Below, in pieces: positions 9,916 to 20,585 of a stretch of DNA of 64,000 nt (the first letter of the stretch is position 1; every line of letters starts with the position of its first letter). The notes beneath the pieces were generated by a model that saw only the letters and a list, made by a program, of their open reading frames with translations, made no database searches and was not told where the DNA came from. The DNA is from Bacteroidia bacterium (GTDB lineage Bacteria > Bacteroidota > Bacteroidia > Cytophagales > Flammeovirgaceae): contig JAUIAB010000003.1 of the NCBI GenBank assembly GCA_030425505.1, positions 1 through 64,000 of the forward strand, written 5' to 3'. A program made the translations under genes and the position numbers.

Positions 9916-12540
9916 ATGAACTTTGATAAATTCACTATTAAATCACAGGAAGTTTTGCAAAAAGCAACTGACTTAGCAAAGAGCTTCCAACAACAAATTA
10001 TACAAACAGGGCATTTGCTAAAAGCTATTAGCCAACAAGAAGATAGTTTTTTTTCTTTTTTGAGTAAAAAGCTAAATATAGACAGCATTAGATTAAACTC
10101 AGAGCTGGAAAGCATTTTGCAAGCATATCCCAAGACAAGCGCAAGTAATCCTTATTTGTCTAATGATGCGGCCAAAGCAATTCAGAATGCAGAAAAGCAA
10201 GCATCAGATATGAAAGACGAGTTTGTCGCTGTAGAACATCTTTTACTAGGTATTCTGAATGTAAACGATAAGGTATCGACCTTACTTAAATCTGTTGGGT
10301 TTTCAGATAAACATCTTAAATCAGCAATTAAAGAACTGAGAGGAGGTAATAAGGTTACAGACCAAAATGCGGAATCGAAGTATCGCTCTTTGGAAAGGTA
10401 TTCACAAAACCTAAATGAGCTTGCCAAGAAAGGTAAGATTGATCCTATTATCGGAAGAGATGAGGAAATCAGACGTGTCTTACAGATTCTTTCCAGAAGA
10501 ACGAAAAATAACCCTATGCTTATTGGTACACCAGGTGTTGGTAAGACTGCTATCGTAGAAGGTCTGGCTCAAAGAATTGTTTCTGGCGATGTGCCTGATA
10601 ATCTTAAAGATGTTACAATTGCTTCTTTGGATATGGGTTTACTGGTTGCTGGAGCTAAGTACAAGGGAGAGTTTGAAGAAAGGCTGAAAGCAGTAATCAA
10701 GGAGGTAGTTGATGCAGATGGTAAGATTGTTTTATTTATTGATGAAATTCATACACTTGTTGGTGCCGGTTCTGGAGGAGAAAGTGCGATGGATGCTGCT
10801 AATTTGCTTAAACCTGCTTTGGCAAGAGGCGAACTACGATCTATTGGTGCAACTACTTTGAAGGAGTACCAGAAGCATATTGAAAAGGACAAAGCTCTGG
10901 AAAGGCGTTTTCAAACGGTAATGGTAGAAGAGCCAAGTGTGCAGGATGCGATTTCTATTTTAAGAGGTATCAAAGAAAAATACGAAGTACACCATGGGGT
11001 GAGGATTAAGGACGATGCTATTATAGCTGCGGTAGAGCTTTCTCATCGCTATATTTCAGATAGGCAGCTGCCTGATAAGGCCATTGATTTGATGGATGAA
11101 GCTGCAGCACGAATGCGAATTCAGATTGACTCTTTGCCAGAAGAGGTAGATGAGGTTCAAAGAAAGGTGATGCAGTTGGAAATTGAACGAGAAGCTATCC
11201 GAAGAGAAAAAGATAAAGAAAAGGAGAAGATTTTATCAAAAGAGATTGCTGATTTGACGGAAGAGTTAAATTCTTTGAAAGCAAAATGGCAAAGCGAAAA
11301 GGAGTCTATTGAGGGTATTCAAAAGGTTAAGGAAGATATTGATAAGTATAAGCTAGAAGCAGAGCAGGCAGAACGATCTGGGGATTATGGTAGGGTTGCT
11401 GAGTTGCGGTACGGCAAAATCAAAGAAGCTGAAGATTTATTGCAGTCGCTACAAGAGAAGTTAAAAGAGAAGCAGCAAGATCAAAGCACTCTTTTAAAAG
11501 AGGAAGTAACTTCAGAAGAAATTGCTGAAGTAGTATCAAAATGGACGGGTATCCCAGTCACTAAAATGCTGCAAAGTGACAGGGAGAAGTTATTAAAACT
11601 TGAAGAGGTATTGGGCAATCGAGTTGCAGGTCAGGAAGAAGCTATCCATGCTCTATCTGATGCAGTAAGGCGTAGTCGTGCTGGTTTACAAGATCCCAAA
11701 AGACCTATTGGTTCCTTTATTTTCTTGGGTACTACGGGTGTAGGTAAAACAGAGCTCGCCAAAACCTTAGCTACATTTTTGTTTAATGATGAAAATGCCA
11801 TGGTGAGAATTGATATGTCGGAATATCAAGAAAGGCATGCAGTTAGTCGCCTGATTGGAGCACCTCCAGGGTACGTTGGGTATGATGAAGGTGGACAGCT
11901 TACTGAGGCTGTAAGAAAGAAACCCTACTCTGTTATTTTACTAGATGAAATTGAAAAAGCGCATCCAGATGTATTTAATATTTTACTACAGGTACTAGAT
12001 GATGGTAGGTTAACGGATAATAAGGGACGTATAGCCAATTTTAAGAATACTATCATTATTATGACCTCCAACATTGGCTCTCATTTGATCATGGATAAGT
12101 TAGGAGAGCTTAAAGGGACAAATGAAGATGAAGTGGTTTTCGATAGAACCAAAACAGAGCTTTTTGAGCTTCTGAGAAAGACTTTGCGACCTGAATTTCT
12201 CAATAGAATTGATGAGGTAATTATGTTTAAGCCTCTTTCCAGAAAGGAAATGAAGAAAATTACAGAGATACAATTCAAAGAGATTCAACGTAGGCTTGAG
12301 GAATCTGGAATTACTATTGAAGCATCAGATGAGGCTCTCTCTAAATTAGCTGATATCGGCTATGATCCGCAGTTTGGAGCTAGACCATTGAAAAGGGTTC
12401 TGCAGACACATGTTCTAAATGATCTCTCTAAAGCCATTTTGAGTGGTAAGGTATCTAAAGATTCCGTAGTAGGCATTACTTTGGATGATGATGGGCAAAT
12501 CCAGTTTGAGAATGTAGGTGACGTTGTAGTTAACCAATAA
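9916..12540 (+). CDS. clpB: ATP-dependent chaperone ClpB (Hsp100 disaggregase)
   Basis: 874 aa with two AAA+ modules (GTPGVGKT; GTTGVGKTE), a long coiled-coil middle domain, and N-terminal Clp_N repeats. Confidence 0.95.
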   Translation: MNFDKFTIKSQEVLQKATDLAKSFQQQIIQTGHLLKAISQQEDSFFSFLSKKLNIDSIRLNSELESILQAYPKTSASNPYLSNDAAKAIQNAEKQASDMKDEFVAVEHLLLGILNVNDKVSTLLKSVGFSDKHLKSAIKELRGGNKVTDQNAESKYRSLERYSQNLNELAKKGKIDPIIGRDEEIRRVLQILSRRTKNNPMLIGTPGVGKTAIVEGLAQRIVSGDVPDNLKDVTIASLDMGLLVAGAKYKGEFEERLKAVIKEVVDADGKIVLFIDEIHTLVGAGSGGESAMDAANLLKPALARGELRSIGATTLKEYQKHIEKDKALERRFQTVMVEEPSVQDAISILRGIKEKYEVHHGVRIKDDAIIAAVELSHRYISDRQLPDKAIDLMDEAAARMRIQIDSLPEEVDEVQRKVMQLEIEREAIRREKDKEKEKILSKEIADLTEELNSLKAKWQSEKESIEGIQKVKEDIDKYKLEAEQAERSGDYGRVAELRYGKIKEAEDLLQSLQEKLKEKQQDQSTLLKEEVTSEEIAEVVSKWTGIPVTKMLQSDREKLLKLEEVLGNRVAGQEEAIHALSDAVRRSRAGLQDPKRPIGSFIFLGTTGVGKTELAKTLATFLFNDENAMVRIDMSEYQERHAVSRLIGAPPGYVGYDEGGQLTEAVRKKPYSVILLDEIEKAHPDVFNILLQVLDDGRLTDNKGRIANFKNTIIIMTSNIGSHLIMDKLGELKGTNEDEVVFDRTKTELFELLRKTLRPEFLNRIDEVIMFKPLSRKEMKKITEIQFKEIQRRLEESGITIEASDEALSKLADIGYDPQFGARPLKRVLQTHVLNDLSKAILSGKVSKDSVVGITLDDDGQIQFENVGDVVVNQ

Positions 12541-12566
12541 GTCGCAAGATTTTTTGAAGAGTCATT

Positions 12567-12604
12567 AATGAGGCTACCCAAAAGGTCAGCCTCATTTTTA
12601 TTTT
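12567..12604 (+). terminator. Rho-independent terminator downstream of clpB. Its T-tract overlaps the stop of the convergent vWA gene.
   Basis: AATGAGGCT-ACCCAAAAGGTC-AGCCTCATT hairpin followed by TTTATTTT. Confidence 0.55.
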
Positions 12605-15234
12605 AATCGTTTTTGGGCTTCTCTGATAACCATTTCCTCAGAGTTATCAGCAGTTACATGCAGGTATTTACCCCTACCCTTCTCTACTAGTTTTTTTAAG
12701 CTATCATCACTGTCTGTAGATTTACCATAGCTAAAGATAGTTAACTGAATACCCTGCTCTGAGTTTCTATCAATTAACTGATTTAGTGAACCATCTATTC
12801 TAAAAATCCCATCTGTTATTAGTATTACTTTATCATTTGTGCTAGGCTTTTTGTTAGACTCAACTGTTTGATAAGCTAATTTCAAACCTTCATAAATATT
12901 GGTTCTCCCTTTGGGCTTTAAGCTTTCAATTGTTTTGACAATTTTCTTCTTTTTTCTTGCAGAAATAGGCTTTAATGCAACTTTTGCACTCCCTGAGTAT
13001 TGCACTATACTAAGCTCATCCTCTTTTCGCATAATTTGAAGAAGATTTTCCAAAGATTTTTTAAAGAGAGGGAGCTTTTCTGGGCTACGCATAGATGCTG
13101 ATACATCTAATAGCAATGTTATGTTTGTGAATGCATAACCTTCCATGCTTTTTGAGCTATTATCTATATTTTGATTGCTTCCTGAGTTAGAGTTATCTTC
13201 AGGTTTTCCTTCTGGAAACCGCAATAGATCTTGCTGTTTTAACCCTTCAAGCAATGGCTTATCAGCTAGAGAAACAATTTTATCATAGCGACTAACAAGA
13301 CTATTATAACCATATGCCAAACTCGATAGTTTACTCCATTTAGTCTTAAAATCAACACTTTTTTCATAATCTTCAATGCGATCAAAATATGCTTTCAAAT
13401 CGTGATTAAACCATTCATAAGCAGAATAAGGGCAATCTCCATGAGTACTACCTATTTTTTTTAGTCCTTTTAGGTTTGAGTATTGGTCTTCTACTAGTTT
13501 TGTGTAGTATATCTTAAGATTATTTTTTAGACTGTCTATTTTTTCATTTGAATTGCTTTTTGTTGAGCTTTTAAATTCTTCTTTTTCTAAATCTAAAATC
13601 TCTTTAGCAGTCGGCAGAGCTTTGCGCAGTGCATTTGCTGATTTTACCCACGAGTTTTCATCATCTTGTTCGTAGGAATCGTATATATTTTTAATAGAGG
13701 AATATACTTTTTCTTTTTGAAGATCAAATTCATCGAAAAGGATAATAAGTCTTTTGGTTCTACGACTCACATCCTCGAATTTGTCGCTTAAAAACTTTTC
13801 TTTCTCTAAGTAGTCAAGGATTTCTAAGGTTTGGTATTCTATTTCATACGTTATGTCATAGAGTGCATTTATGCTCCGCAGTAAATTTATTCTATATGCT
13901 TCAGGGAAATTATTGCTGTAAAACCCAATTTTGATTAATTGCGATCTTGGTATGGTATAACCTCTAGCTTTAAAGTGAATATATTTATTTGCTGCAATAA
14001 GCATCCTATCTGAATCAGATTTCAAAATATTTTTTATACTCCGATGCATTTTCCAAAGCATAGATTGCAATGACTTATTTTCTAACACCATCCAATTTAT
14101 GCAGTCCACTACTTGATTCAAATGATCATTTAAATTGGGAGTAATTTGTCCTTTCGTTGCTGTATTAGCATCTATTATTTCCAGCTCTTTTTTTTCATAC
14201 TTATTATTTAAGAAAATATACTTAACACTTTCAGTATCAAAGCTTAACTGTGGCGTAAATGAAGCTATGTATCTGTATTTATTATTATCAACTCTGCTTC
14301 TTTTTAAGAATAAGGCATAGTTCCTTTCTAGTTCCACACCATATGCTTTGAACCACTCCAGATAGAATCGATTTTTGAATTCATCAGAAGAGTAACCATT
14401 CATATAAAACTGGTTCATTGCAAGCATCTTACTATCTATTAGGTAGTCTACCCCTCTTTGAAAATGATAAAATTGTTGCTTTGCATCGTAATGTGTACCA
14501 CCCTGTAGATTTACTTGCTTTAGTTTATTTTTATATTCCAAATTAAACTCTACATTTTTTCTTATTAATGTTGTATCCCATCCTGTATATAGTTTGTCAT
14601 TGAATTTGAGAGTGAAGGTTTTCAAAAACTTTTTTTCTCTCTCTATGAAGCTAGCCATAAGTTTAGCAGCTGAATGGTATTGATTTCCGTTAGGATGATT
14701 GCTTTTAAAAACCAAAACATTAACAGAATCTATTTCTTGCTGAATTTCTAAGTATACGTTTCCTACTTCTTCTAACAGATGATCTGACTCTTTGAATAAA
14801 TCTTCTTTATACGTTTCTAGCTTACAATATGTATCAATTGCCTGTAGTTTAGAGTTTACTTTTTGAAGTAAACCCCAAATCTTTTTTGCAGACCTGGCAA
14901 ACAGGTTACCTCCTGTTTCTTGTGCTTTTTTAAATTTATATTCATTTACTAAGCCAGCACAATCAAACCTGGCATACAACCTCCTTGAAGCGTTTGTGTT
15001 TTTATCGCTTGATTGCATTCTTTTTTGAAACTGCGTTTGTTTATAAAAGTCTTTAGTACATCGCAGTTTTTGAAGAAGCCATTTATTACTCTCATGTATA
15101 AATTCAGCATAACTATCAAGTGCTGCCAAATTATTAATGCCATCTTGTGAATGAGAATCTAAACTTAAAAAAAAACTATTTGCAAGACATACTATTAGTA
15201 CTATACCTTCTCTTAACATAAAGAAATTGCTCAA
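12598..15234 (-). CDS. Large secreted protein with C-terminal von Willebrand factor A (vWA) domain
   Basis: 878 aa with an N-terminal signal-like hydrophobic segment and a long predicted helical region. The C-terminal vWA has a MIDAS-like LLLDVSASM...SIVQYSG...TNIYEGL...ILITDG. Confidence 0.65.
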   Translation of the reverse strand: MSNFFMLREGIVLIVCLANSFFLSLDSHSQDGINNLAALDSYAEFIHESNKWLLQKLRCTKDFYKQTQFQKRMQSSDKNTNASRRLYARFDCAGLVNEYKFKKAQETGGNLFARSAKKIWGLLQKVNSKLQAIDTYCKLETYKEDLFKESDHLLEEVGNVYLEIQQEIDSVNVLVFKSNHPNGNQYHSAAKLMASFIEREKKFLKTFTLKFNDKLYTGWDTTLIRKNVEFNLEYKNKLKQVNLQGGTHYDAKQQFYHFQRGVDYLIDSKMLAMNQFYMNGYSSDEFKNRFYLEWFKAYGVELERNYALFLKRSRVDNNKYRYIASFTPQLSFDTESVKYIFLNNKYEKKELEIIDANTATKGQITPNLNDHLNQVVDCINWMVLENKSLQSMLWKMHRSIKNILKSDSDRMLIAANKYIHFKARGYTIPRSQLIKIGFYSNNFPEAYRINLLRSINALYDITYEIEYQTLEILDYLEKEKFLSDKFEDVSRRTKRLIILFDEFDLQKEKVYSSIKNIYDSYEQDDENSWVKSANALRKALPTAKEILDLEKEEFKSSTKSNSNEKIDSLKNNLKIYYTKLVEDQYSNLKGLKKIGSTHGDCPYSAYEWFNHDLKAYFDRIEDYEKSVDFKTKWSKLSSLAYGYNSLVSRYDKIVSLADKPLLEGLKQQDLLRFPEGKPEDNSNSGSNQNIDNSSKSMEGYAFTNITLLLDVSASMRSPEKLPLFKKSLENLLQIMRKEDELSIVQYSGSAKVALKPISARKKKKIVKTIESLKPKGRTNIYEGLKLAYQTVESNKKPSTNDKVILITDGIFRIDGSLNQLIDRNSEQGIQLTIFSYGKSTDSDDSLKKLVEKGRGKYLHVTADNSEEMVIREAQKRLK

Positions 15235-15277
15235 AGAGATAAATATAATACTTCATATTTTGTTATGAGCATTAATT

Positions 15278-18055
15278 TTACCTCACTATCAATATTTTCT
15301 TCGATAGCATTTCTTCTCCTTTATCGTTATGCAAACTCACAAAGTATAATCCTTGCTTAAATCCTTTTGCATCTATTAAAGCTTCTTGCCTTCCTGAAAA
15401 AAGTTGGTCTGTATAAATTTTCTGACCGAGCATATTGATAATATTGAAATGAATGCTTTCACTAATAGCATCTGACTTGGATATAATCAAAATGTCTTCT
15501 ACCGGATTGGGATAAATAGAAATGAATTTATCATATATACTTTCTCCTATACTTGTAACTTCTTCCTCTTCTTCTACAGTTACAGCATTTGAAATATTGC
15601 TAAACCTAGATTGAAAACCCTGATTAGTAGCCTTTACTCTATAGTAATATACTGTATCAGGTAATACATCTTCATCTATATAATTAACTACATTAGCCTC
15701 TAAAGAAGCTATTTCTTCAAAATTCTCTCCATCATTACTTCTTTCTAAAGTAAAGCTAGCTTCAAACTCAGAATTATCTTCCCATGATACCTCCACCAAA
15801 TTAGAATCATTTAGCCTTGCTTCAATATTTGATGGTGTATTTATCAAACAAAATGTGCCACTTGTTTCAAACCCAAAATTTAGATCTAAACTTACCAAAT
15901 TAGAGCCTTCACTATTAATGATTTTAATCTCTTGCTCATCAACAAAAATCCCATCACTCTCCGTATCATAAATTATAAGGGTATGACAACCTTCAGGAAG
16001 GCATATATCTTTTTCAATTAACTGAAGGCTTTGACTTAAAGGGAAGTATCCACCAAAAGCTAGTGAGTTATTTTCTGAATCAATTAGATCCCAATAGGTT
16101 TCTTCAGGATATTCATCTAAAGGGAGTTGTAAGGTAACATTGTAAGTTTCTCCTAAATATTCATTTACTGTAGTATTCAAAGAAGATACATTATCATTAG
16201 GAGTTACATCTTGCTCATCATCAGCATGTTGTATAGTAAAAGCAATCTCATTACTTCCATTTGCTAATTCTAACTCTGGAAGCTCAATATACATTGTACT
16301 TGAAGAAGAAAACAAAGTTTTTTCTATTGTTTCCACCTTGTTTTCAACAGAGCTTGAATACTCAATTGTGAATGAGTTTACAGGAGAAGATCCCGAGTTT
16401 TTCACTAAAACTCCTGGCATAATACTATCATCACATAATGTTAACTCTTCTCCGTCAATTGGAAAAACTCCTTCTATTACCAGATCTTTTTTATTTTGAT
16501 AAGGCAACTCAAAATTCACTTCTACAGCAGGAAGGTTAGCATCTTCTGTAGAGTAATAAATTGGAACATCGTTTCTTCCATTAGGTACTTGAAAAATAAA
16601 TGGAGAAATAGTATTATCTGAGCTCTCATTAGATATTGCTGATAAAGTATATTTTCCTCTAGCTAAACATAGCCCACCTTTTTTCTTTTGGTCTTCACCT
16701 GGTGCAGGGAATTCACGTGTTTCAATCCGGGTAACTTCTTTTTGTGTATCAGAATTTGCCACTATAAACGTTTCAGCTGAATAAACACCCGTGTTATTTA
16801 AGCTTTGCTCAATTTTAGATAAAAACCCTTCTTCAGAGTCTATAGCTATTGCAGTAGCATTTCCAATAAAATCTTCATTATTTAAATTGGTGAAAGATGG
16901 ACGCCATTGTACTTCGTATTGCGCAATTTGATCAACGGTAAATGTAGAGTTAACTACAAAAGACTCCCCTGCTTGCAAAACATCAGGCAATACTGTTTCT
17001 ATTTCTTCTTGACTAAGAATATCATTATTAACTGAAACTTGCTGATTTAAGGTTATTGCCGTTATTGGGTTTTCTCCATTATTTATTATCACTAACTCTG
17101 TCGGCACTTCTATTAAATTATCTCCACATATTCCGCAATAATATTGTTCAAGGTTACTGGCTATTTGAATTTGGGTATTTTGAAGGTAGGCTCTTTTTAC
17201 TATAACACTATTTTCAAGACCATCATCCAAAAGATAGTTTGTGGTTTTTCCTTCTATCCAATCTAAAAACGAAGACACCCGAGTGTAGACTCCTGGAAAT
17301 TCTGGCTCTGCACATCCCTGCCCAAAACTAACTATTCCTGCAAGTAACCATCGATCATCATTTGCATTTCTTATCACTAAAGGTCCTCCACTATCTCCCT
17401 GGCAAGCATCTTTACCACCTTCCTCAAAAAAACCTGCTGCTATCATAAGCTCAGGAACAAAAAAACTTCCATAAGAAGACACTACATTTTCATTAGGCAC
17501 TAATGGTATGGTTACTTCTTGCAGAATACTAGGATACTTATTCCCATTACTAACCGTATTACCCCATCCCGTAACTGTTAATAAAGCTCCAGCTATCAAC
17601 AGTTCTTCTGCCTCTTCTTCACTTAAAAGTTCAATTTTATCAATATTTGCTCCATTGAGTGGCAACGGTTTAGCTAACCGAAGTAGAGCAATATCATTCT
17701 GATAAGAAGATCCACTAAAGTCTTCATGAGAAATTATATCTGTAACCTTTATGCGAATTACATTTTCATCATCATTTAATGAAGAGATACCTGCCACTAT
17801 TTCTATATCCGATGGAGATTCAATATCTTCCAAACAATGAGCCGCAGTTAATATCCAAAACTCATCAATAATTGACCCACCACAAAACTGCCCACCAAAA
17901 GTAGGTCTACCAGCTTGTACAATACCTATCTGCCAGGGATAGCTTGTTATTTCAGCATTTTTCCCTCCAACAATTCTGGTATCTTTTTTTTGTGCCTGAA
18001 TACATGTAATAGCCATGATTGAAGTAAATAAAAGTGCAGTAATTTTTCTTATCAT
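15278..18055 (-). CDS. Secreted trypsin-like (S1 family) serine protease with FN3-like domain and T9SS C-terminal sorting domain
   Basis: 925 aa. Signal peptide, then IVGG...TAAHC...(D)...GDSGGPL catalytic triad context. A fibronectin-III-like segment is present. The C-terminus (ISIYPNPVEDILII...KILIVR) resembles the Por/T9SS type-A sorting domain. Confidence 0.8.
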   Translation of the reverse strand: MIRKITALLFTSIMAITCIQAQKKDTRIVGGKNAEITSYPWQIGIVQAGRPTFGGQFCGGSIIDEFWILTAAHCLEDIESPSDIEIVAGISSLNDDENVIRIKVTDIISHEDFSGSSYQNDIALLRLAKPLPLNGANIDKIELLSEEEAEELLIAGALLTVTGWGNTVSNGNKYPSILQEVTIPLVPNENVVSSYGSFFVPELMIAAGFFEEGGKDACQGDSGGPLVIRNANDDRWLLAGIVSFGQGCAEPEFPGVYTRVSSFLDWIEGKTTNYLLDDGLENSVIVKRAYLQNTQIQIASNLEQYYCGICGDNLIEVPTELVIINNGENPITAITLNQQVSVNNDILSQEEIETVLPDVLQAGESFVVNSTFTVDQIAQYEVQWRPSFTNLNNEDFIGNATAIAIDSEEGFLSKIEQSLNNTGVYSAETFIVANSDTQKEVTRIETREFPAPGEDQKKKGGLCLARGKYTLSAISNESSDNTISPFIFQVPNGRNDVPIYYSTEDANLPAVEVNFELPYQNKKDLVIEGVFPIDGEELTLCDDSIMPGVLVKNSGSSPVNSFTIEYSSSVENKVETIEKTLFSSSSTMYIELPELELANGSNEIAFTIQHADDEQDVTPNDNVSSLNTTVNEYLGETYNVTLQLPLDEYPEETYWDLIDSENNSLAFGGYFPLSQSLQLIEKDICLPEGCHTLIIYDTESDGIFVDEQEIKIINSEGSNLVSLDLNFGFETSGTFCLINTPSNIEARLNDSNLVEVSWEDNSEFEASFTLERSNDGENFEEIASLEANVVNYIDEDVLPDTVYYYRVKATNQGFQSRFSNISNAVTVEEEEEVTSIGESIYDKFISIYPNPVEDILIISKSDAISESIHFNIINMLGQKIYTDQLFSGRQEALIDAKGFKQGLYFVSLHNDKGEEMLSKKILIVR

Positions 18056-18212
18056 CTTGTAGTAATTTGATTATAATGATGTTCTTACGTAATTATACAG
18101 ATTCTGTTAGTTCAACTTCCAAAAAAAATGTTTCATTGATTACAGTCAGATGCTTACTATCCTATATTAGGAAATTATCTTATAAATTACATATAAAGTT
18201 TAGTAATTAATT

Positions 18213-18824
18213 TTATTTTGATTCATTAAAAATAACATTTCCTTCTTTAATATACGCTAAAACATCTTCAACTCCAGTTTTCTTGAATGCTGAGGTGGTA
18301 TAGATTGGAGGTAATTCCTCCCAATATTTCAACAATTCTTTTTCATAGCCAGCTATTAACGCTTTTTTTTTGGAAACACCTGTTACCTTGTCTGCCTTTG
18401 TAAATACTATGACAAATGGGAGCTGATTTGTGCCAATCCATTCTAAAAACTCTAAGTCTACTTTTTGAGGTTCATGTCTAATGTCTATTAGTATAAAAGT
18501 GGTTACCAGATTTTTTCGCTTCAATAAATACTCTCTTGAGAATTTACTGAATAGTTTTTTTTCACCTTTACTTACTTTAGCCCAGCCGTATCCTGGAAGA
18601 TCTACTAAATACCAGGAGTTATTTATCAAAAAATGATTTATAGTCTGTGTTTTTCCTGGAGTTGACGATACTCTAGCTAAGTTTTTTCTATTAAGCAATG
18701 TATTCAGCAAGGACGACTTCCCTACATTAGACCTTCCAATAAATGCGTACTCGGGCTTATCCTCAGGAGGGCACTTATTCACCTCCACACTAGAAAGAAT
18801 AAATTCTGAAGTTTTAATTTTCAT
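18213..18824 (-). CDS. engB: Ribosome-biogenesis GTPase EngB/YihA
   Basis: 203 aa with G1 GRSNVGKSSLLN and a DLPGYG switch region. Confidence 0.9.
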   Translation of the reverse strand: MKIKTSEFILSSVEVNKCPPEDKPEYAFIGRSNVGKSSLLNTLLNRKNLARVSSTPGKTQTINHFLINNSWYLVDLPGYGWAKVSKGEKKLFSKFSREYLLKRKNLVTTFILIDIRHEPQKVDLEFLEWIGTNQLPFVIVFTKADKVTGVSKKKALIAGYEKELLKYWEELPPIYTTSAFKKTGVEDVLAYIKEGNVIFNESK

Positions 18825-18836
18825 CTGCTTAACTTT

Positions 18837-20585
18837 TTAGTGTGCTGTTTTTATATCTTTTATTTCCAGCTGAATACTTGTAGTACCTTTGTAAACATTC
18901 TTTTTCAACACATAACACATATCGAAGCTATCTGATGCTGATATAAGATCTTTCATAAAGGCATTACCAAAACCAATAGCGTCAAAAGAAACTACTTTGT
19001 TATCTTCCTGATAAACTTTGAGCTTTAAGTGTTCTTCTTTTAAAACTCGTAGCGGTTCAGCTAATTTCAAATTTCTAGTTACAAATACTGGTCTTGGGTT
19101 TCCCGGTCCAAAGGGAGATAGCATATTTATCTCATTCAGTAGTTCAAAAGTAATTTCATCTAGCTTAATCTCTAAATCTATGTTTAAATGTGGGATAAAT
19201 TCTTTTTCTACATAGCTACTGGCAACAACTTTTTCAAATTCAACAGAAAAACCTTCTAGCTTTTCTGCTTTCAAATTAAGACCCGCCGCAGCATGATGCC
19301 CCCCATAACTATCCAAAAACTCAGAACATTGATCTATAGCTGAAAATATATTGAAACCATCAACTGACCTAGCCGACCCAGTTATAGAGTTATGATTTTT
19401 TGTAAATACTATCGTTGGTTTATATACTTTTTCAATACACCTAGAAGCTACAATCCCTACTACTCCTTTATGCCATTTTTCATTGTATAAAACTGTACTC
19501 TTTTTACTTGTCAGGTCTTTGCCCTGGGCTAAAGCTACTGCCTCCTCTGTAGCTTTTAAGTCGTACTCTCTACGCAAATTATTTTTTTTCACAACCTGAT
19601 CCACATAATACTCTGCCTCCTCTTCATCTTTAGCAATTAGCATCTGGATAGCCATATTAGCATGTGCTATTCTCCCCGCAGCATTTATTGCTGGAGCAAC
19701 CTTAAAAACAAGGTCAGATATTTCTACTTCACTTTGAGCATCGGGTTTAACTTTTTTCAATAAGGTTTTTAAACCTAAAGAAGGGTTTTTATTTATTTTT
19801 TCTAGCCCAAGAGTTAATAAGATTCGGTTCTCATCTATTACAGGAACTATATCTGCAGCAATACTGACTGCAAGTAAGTCTAATACATCAAATACTTTCT
19901 CGCTGCTTATATTTTCTGAAGCTGCATAAGCCTGAATCAATTTAAATGCAACTCCACAGCCACTCAATCCTTTGAATGGATAGCTACACTCTTTTTGAAC
20001 AGGGTTTAAAATAGAAAAGGCTTTAGGAAGCTTTTTATCCGTTTGATGGTGATCGCAAATTATAACATCAATTCCCTTTTTATTTGCTTCTTCTACGAAT
20101 AAATGCCCTTTTATCCCACAATCTAATGTTATAACCAATTCAGCATTAACTTTTTCTGCATAACTCAAGCCTCTTAAAGACAAGCCATAGCCTTCACTAT
20201 ATCTATCTGGAACATAGTAATCTATATACGGATATATTTTTTGAAAGAATAGAAGATTCATAGCTACAGCCGTAGTTCCATCCACATCATAATCTCCATA
20301 GAAAAGTATTTTTTGCTTCTTCTGAATTGCTTCTTGCAATCTTAAAACTGCATTACTTAGTCCTTTTAGTAGATATGGATCATATAAATTAGATGCATCA
20401 GGATGAAGAAATTTTTCTATCTCTGCGCTAGTTTTTAGCCCTATATTCTTCAATAACTTAAATATCGTTTCACTAAAGACCTTATCATTGAAATGTGAAT
20501 TTTGGTCTACTTCTAAACTACTATTTTTATAAATCCACTTCTTACCTATACCCTTTTCTACTCGAAAATCACTTTTAGTTTCCAT
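18837..20585 (-). CDS. recJ: Single-stranded-DNA-specific exonuclease RecJ
   Basis: 582 aa with DHH motifs (GDYDVDGTT; ITLDCG; DHH) and a DHHA1 domain. It overlaps the downstream DUF885 start by 11 nt. Confidence 0.9.
   Translation of the reverse strand: METKSDFRVEKGIGKKWIYKNSSLEVDQNSHFNDKVFSETIFKLLKNIGLKTSAEIEKFLHPDASNLYDPYLLKGLSNAVLRLQEAIQKKQKILFYGDYDVDGTTAVAMNLLFFQKIYPYIDYYVPDRYSEGYGLSLRGLSYAEKVNAELVITLDCGIKGHLFVEEANKKGIDVIICDHHQTDKKLPKAFSILNPVQKECSYPFKGLSGCGVAFKLIQAYAASENISSEKVFDVLDLLAVSIAADIVPVIDENRILLTLGLEKINKNPSLGLKTLLKKVKPDAQSEVEISDLVFKVAPAINAAGRIAHANMAIQMLIAKDEEEAEYYVDQVVKKNNLRREYDLKATEEAVALAQGKDLTSKKSTVLYNEKWHKGVVGIVASRCIEKVYKPTIVFTKNHNSITGSARSVDGFNIFSAIDQCSEFLDSYGGHHAAAGLNLKAEKLEGFSVEFEKVVASSYVEKEFIPHLNIDLEIKLDEITFELLNEINMLSPFGPGNPRPVFVTRNLKLAEPLRVLKEEHLKLKVYQEDNKVVSFDAIGFGNAFMKDLISASDSFDMCYVLKKNVYKGTTSIQLEIKDIKTAH

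Noticed and set aside
9716-10133. Two small minus-strand ORFs (62 and 79 aa) upstream of, and overlapping, the clpB start.
   Set aside because: They overlap the clpB coding start or promoter region, are low-complexity, and have no start-context or homology support. Most likely spurious ORFs in AT-rich DNA.
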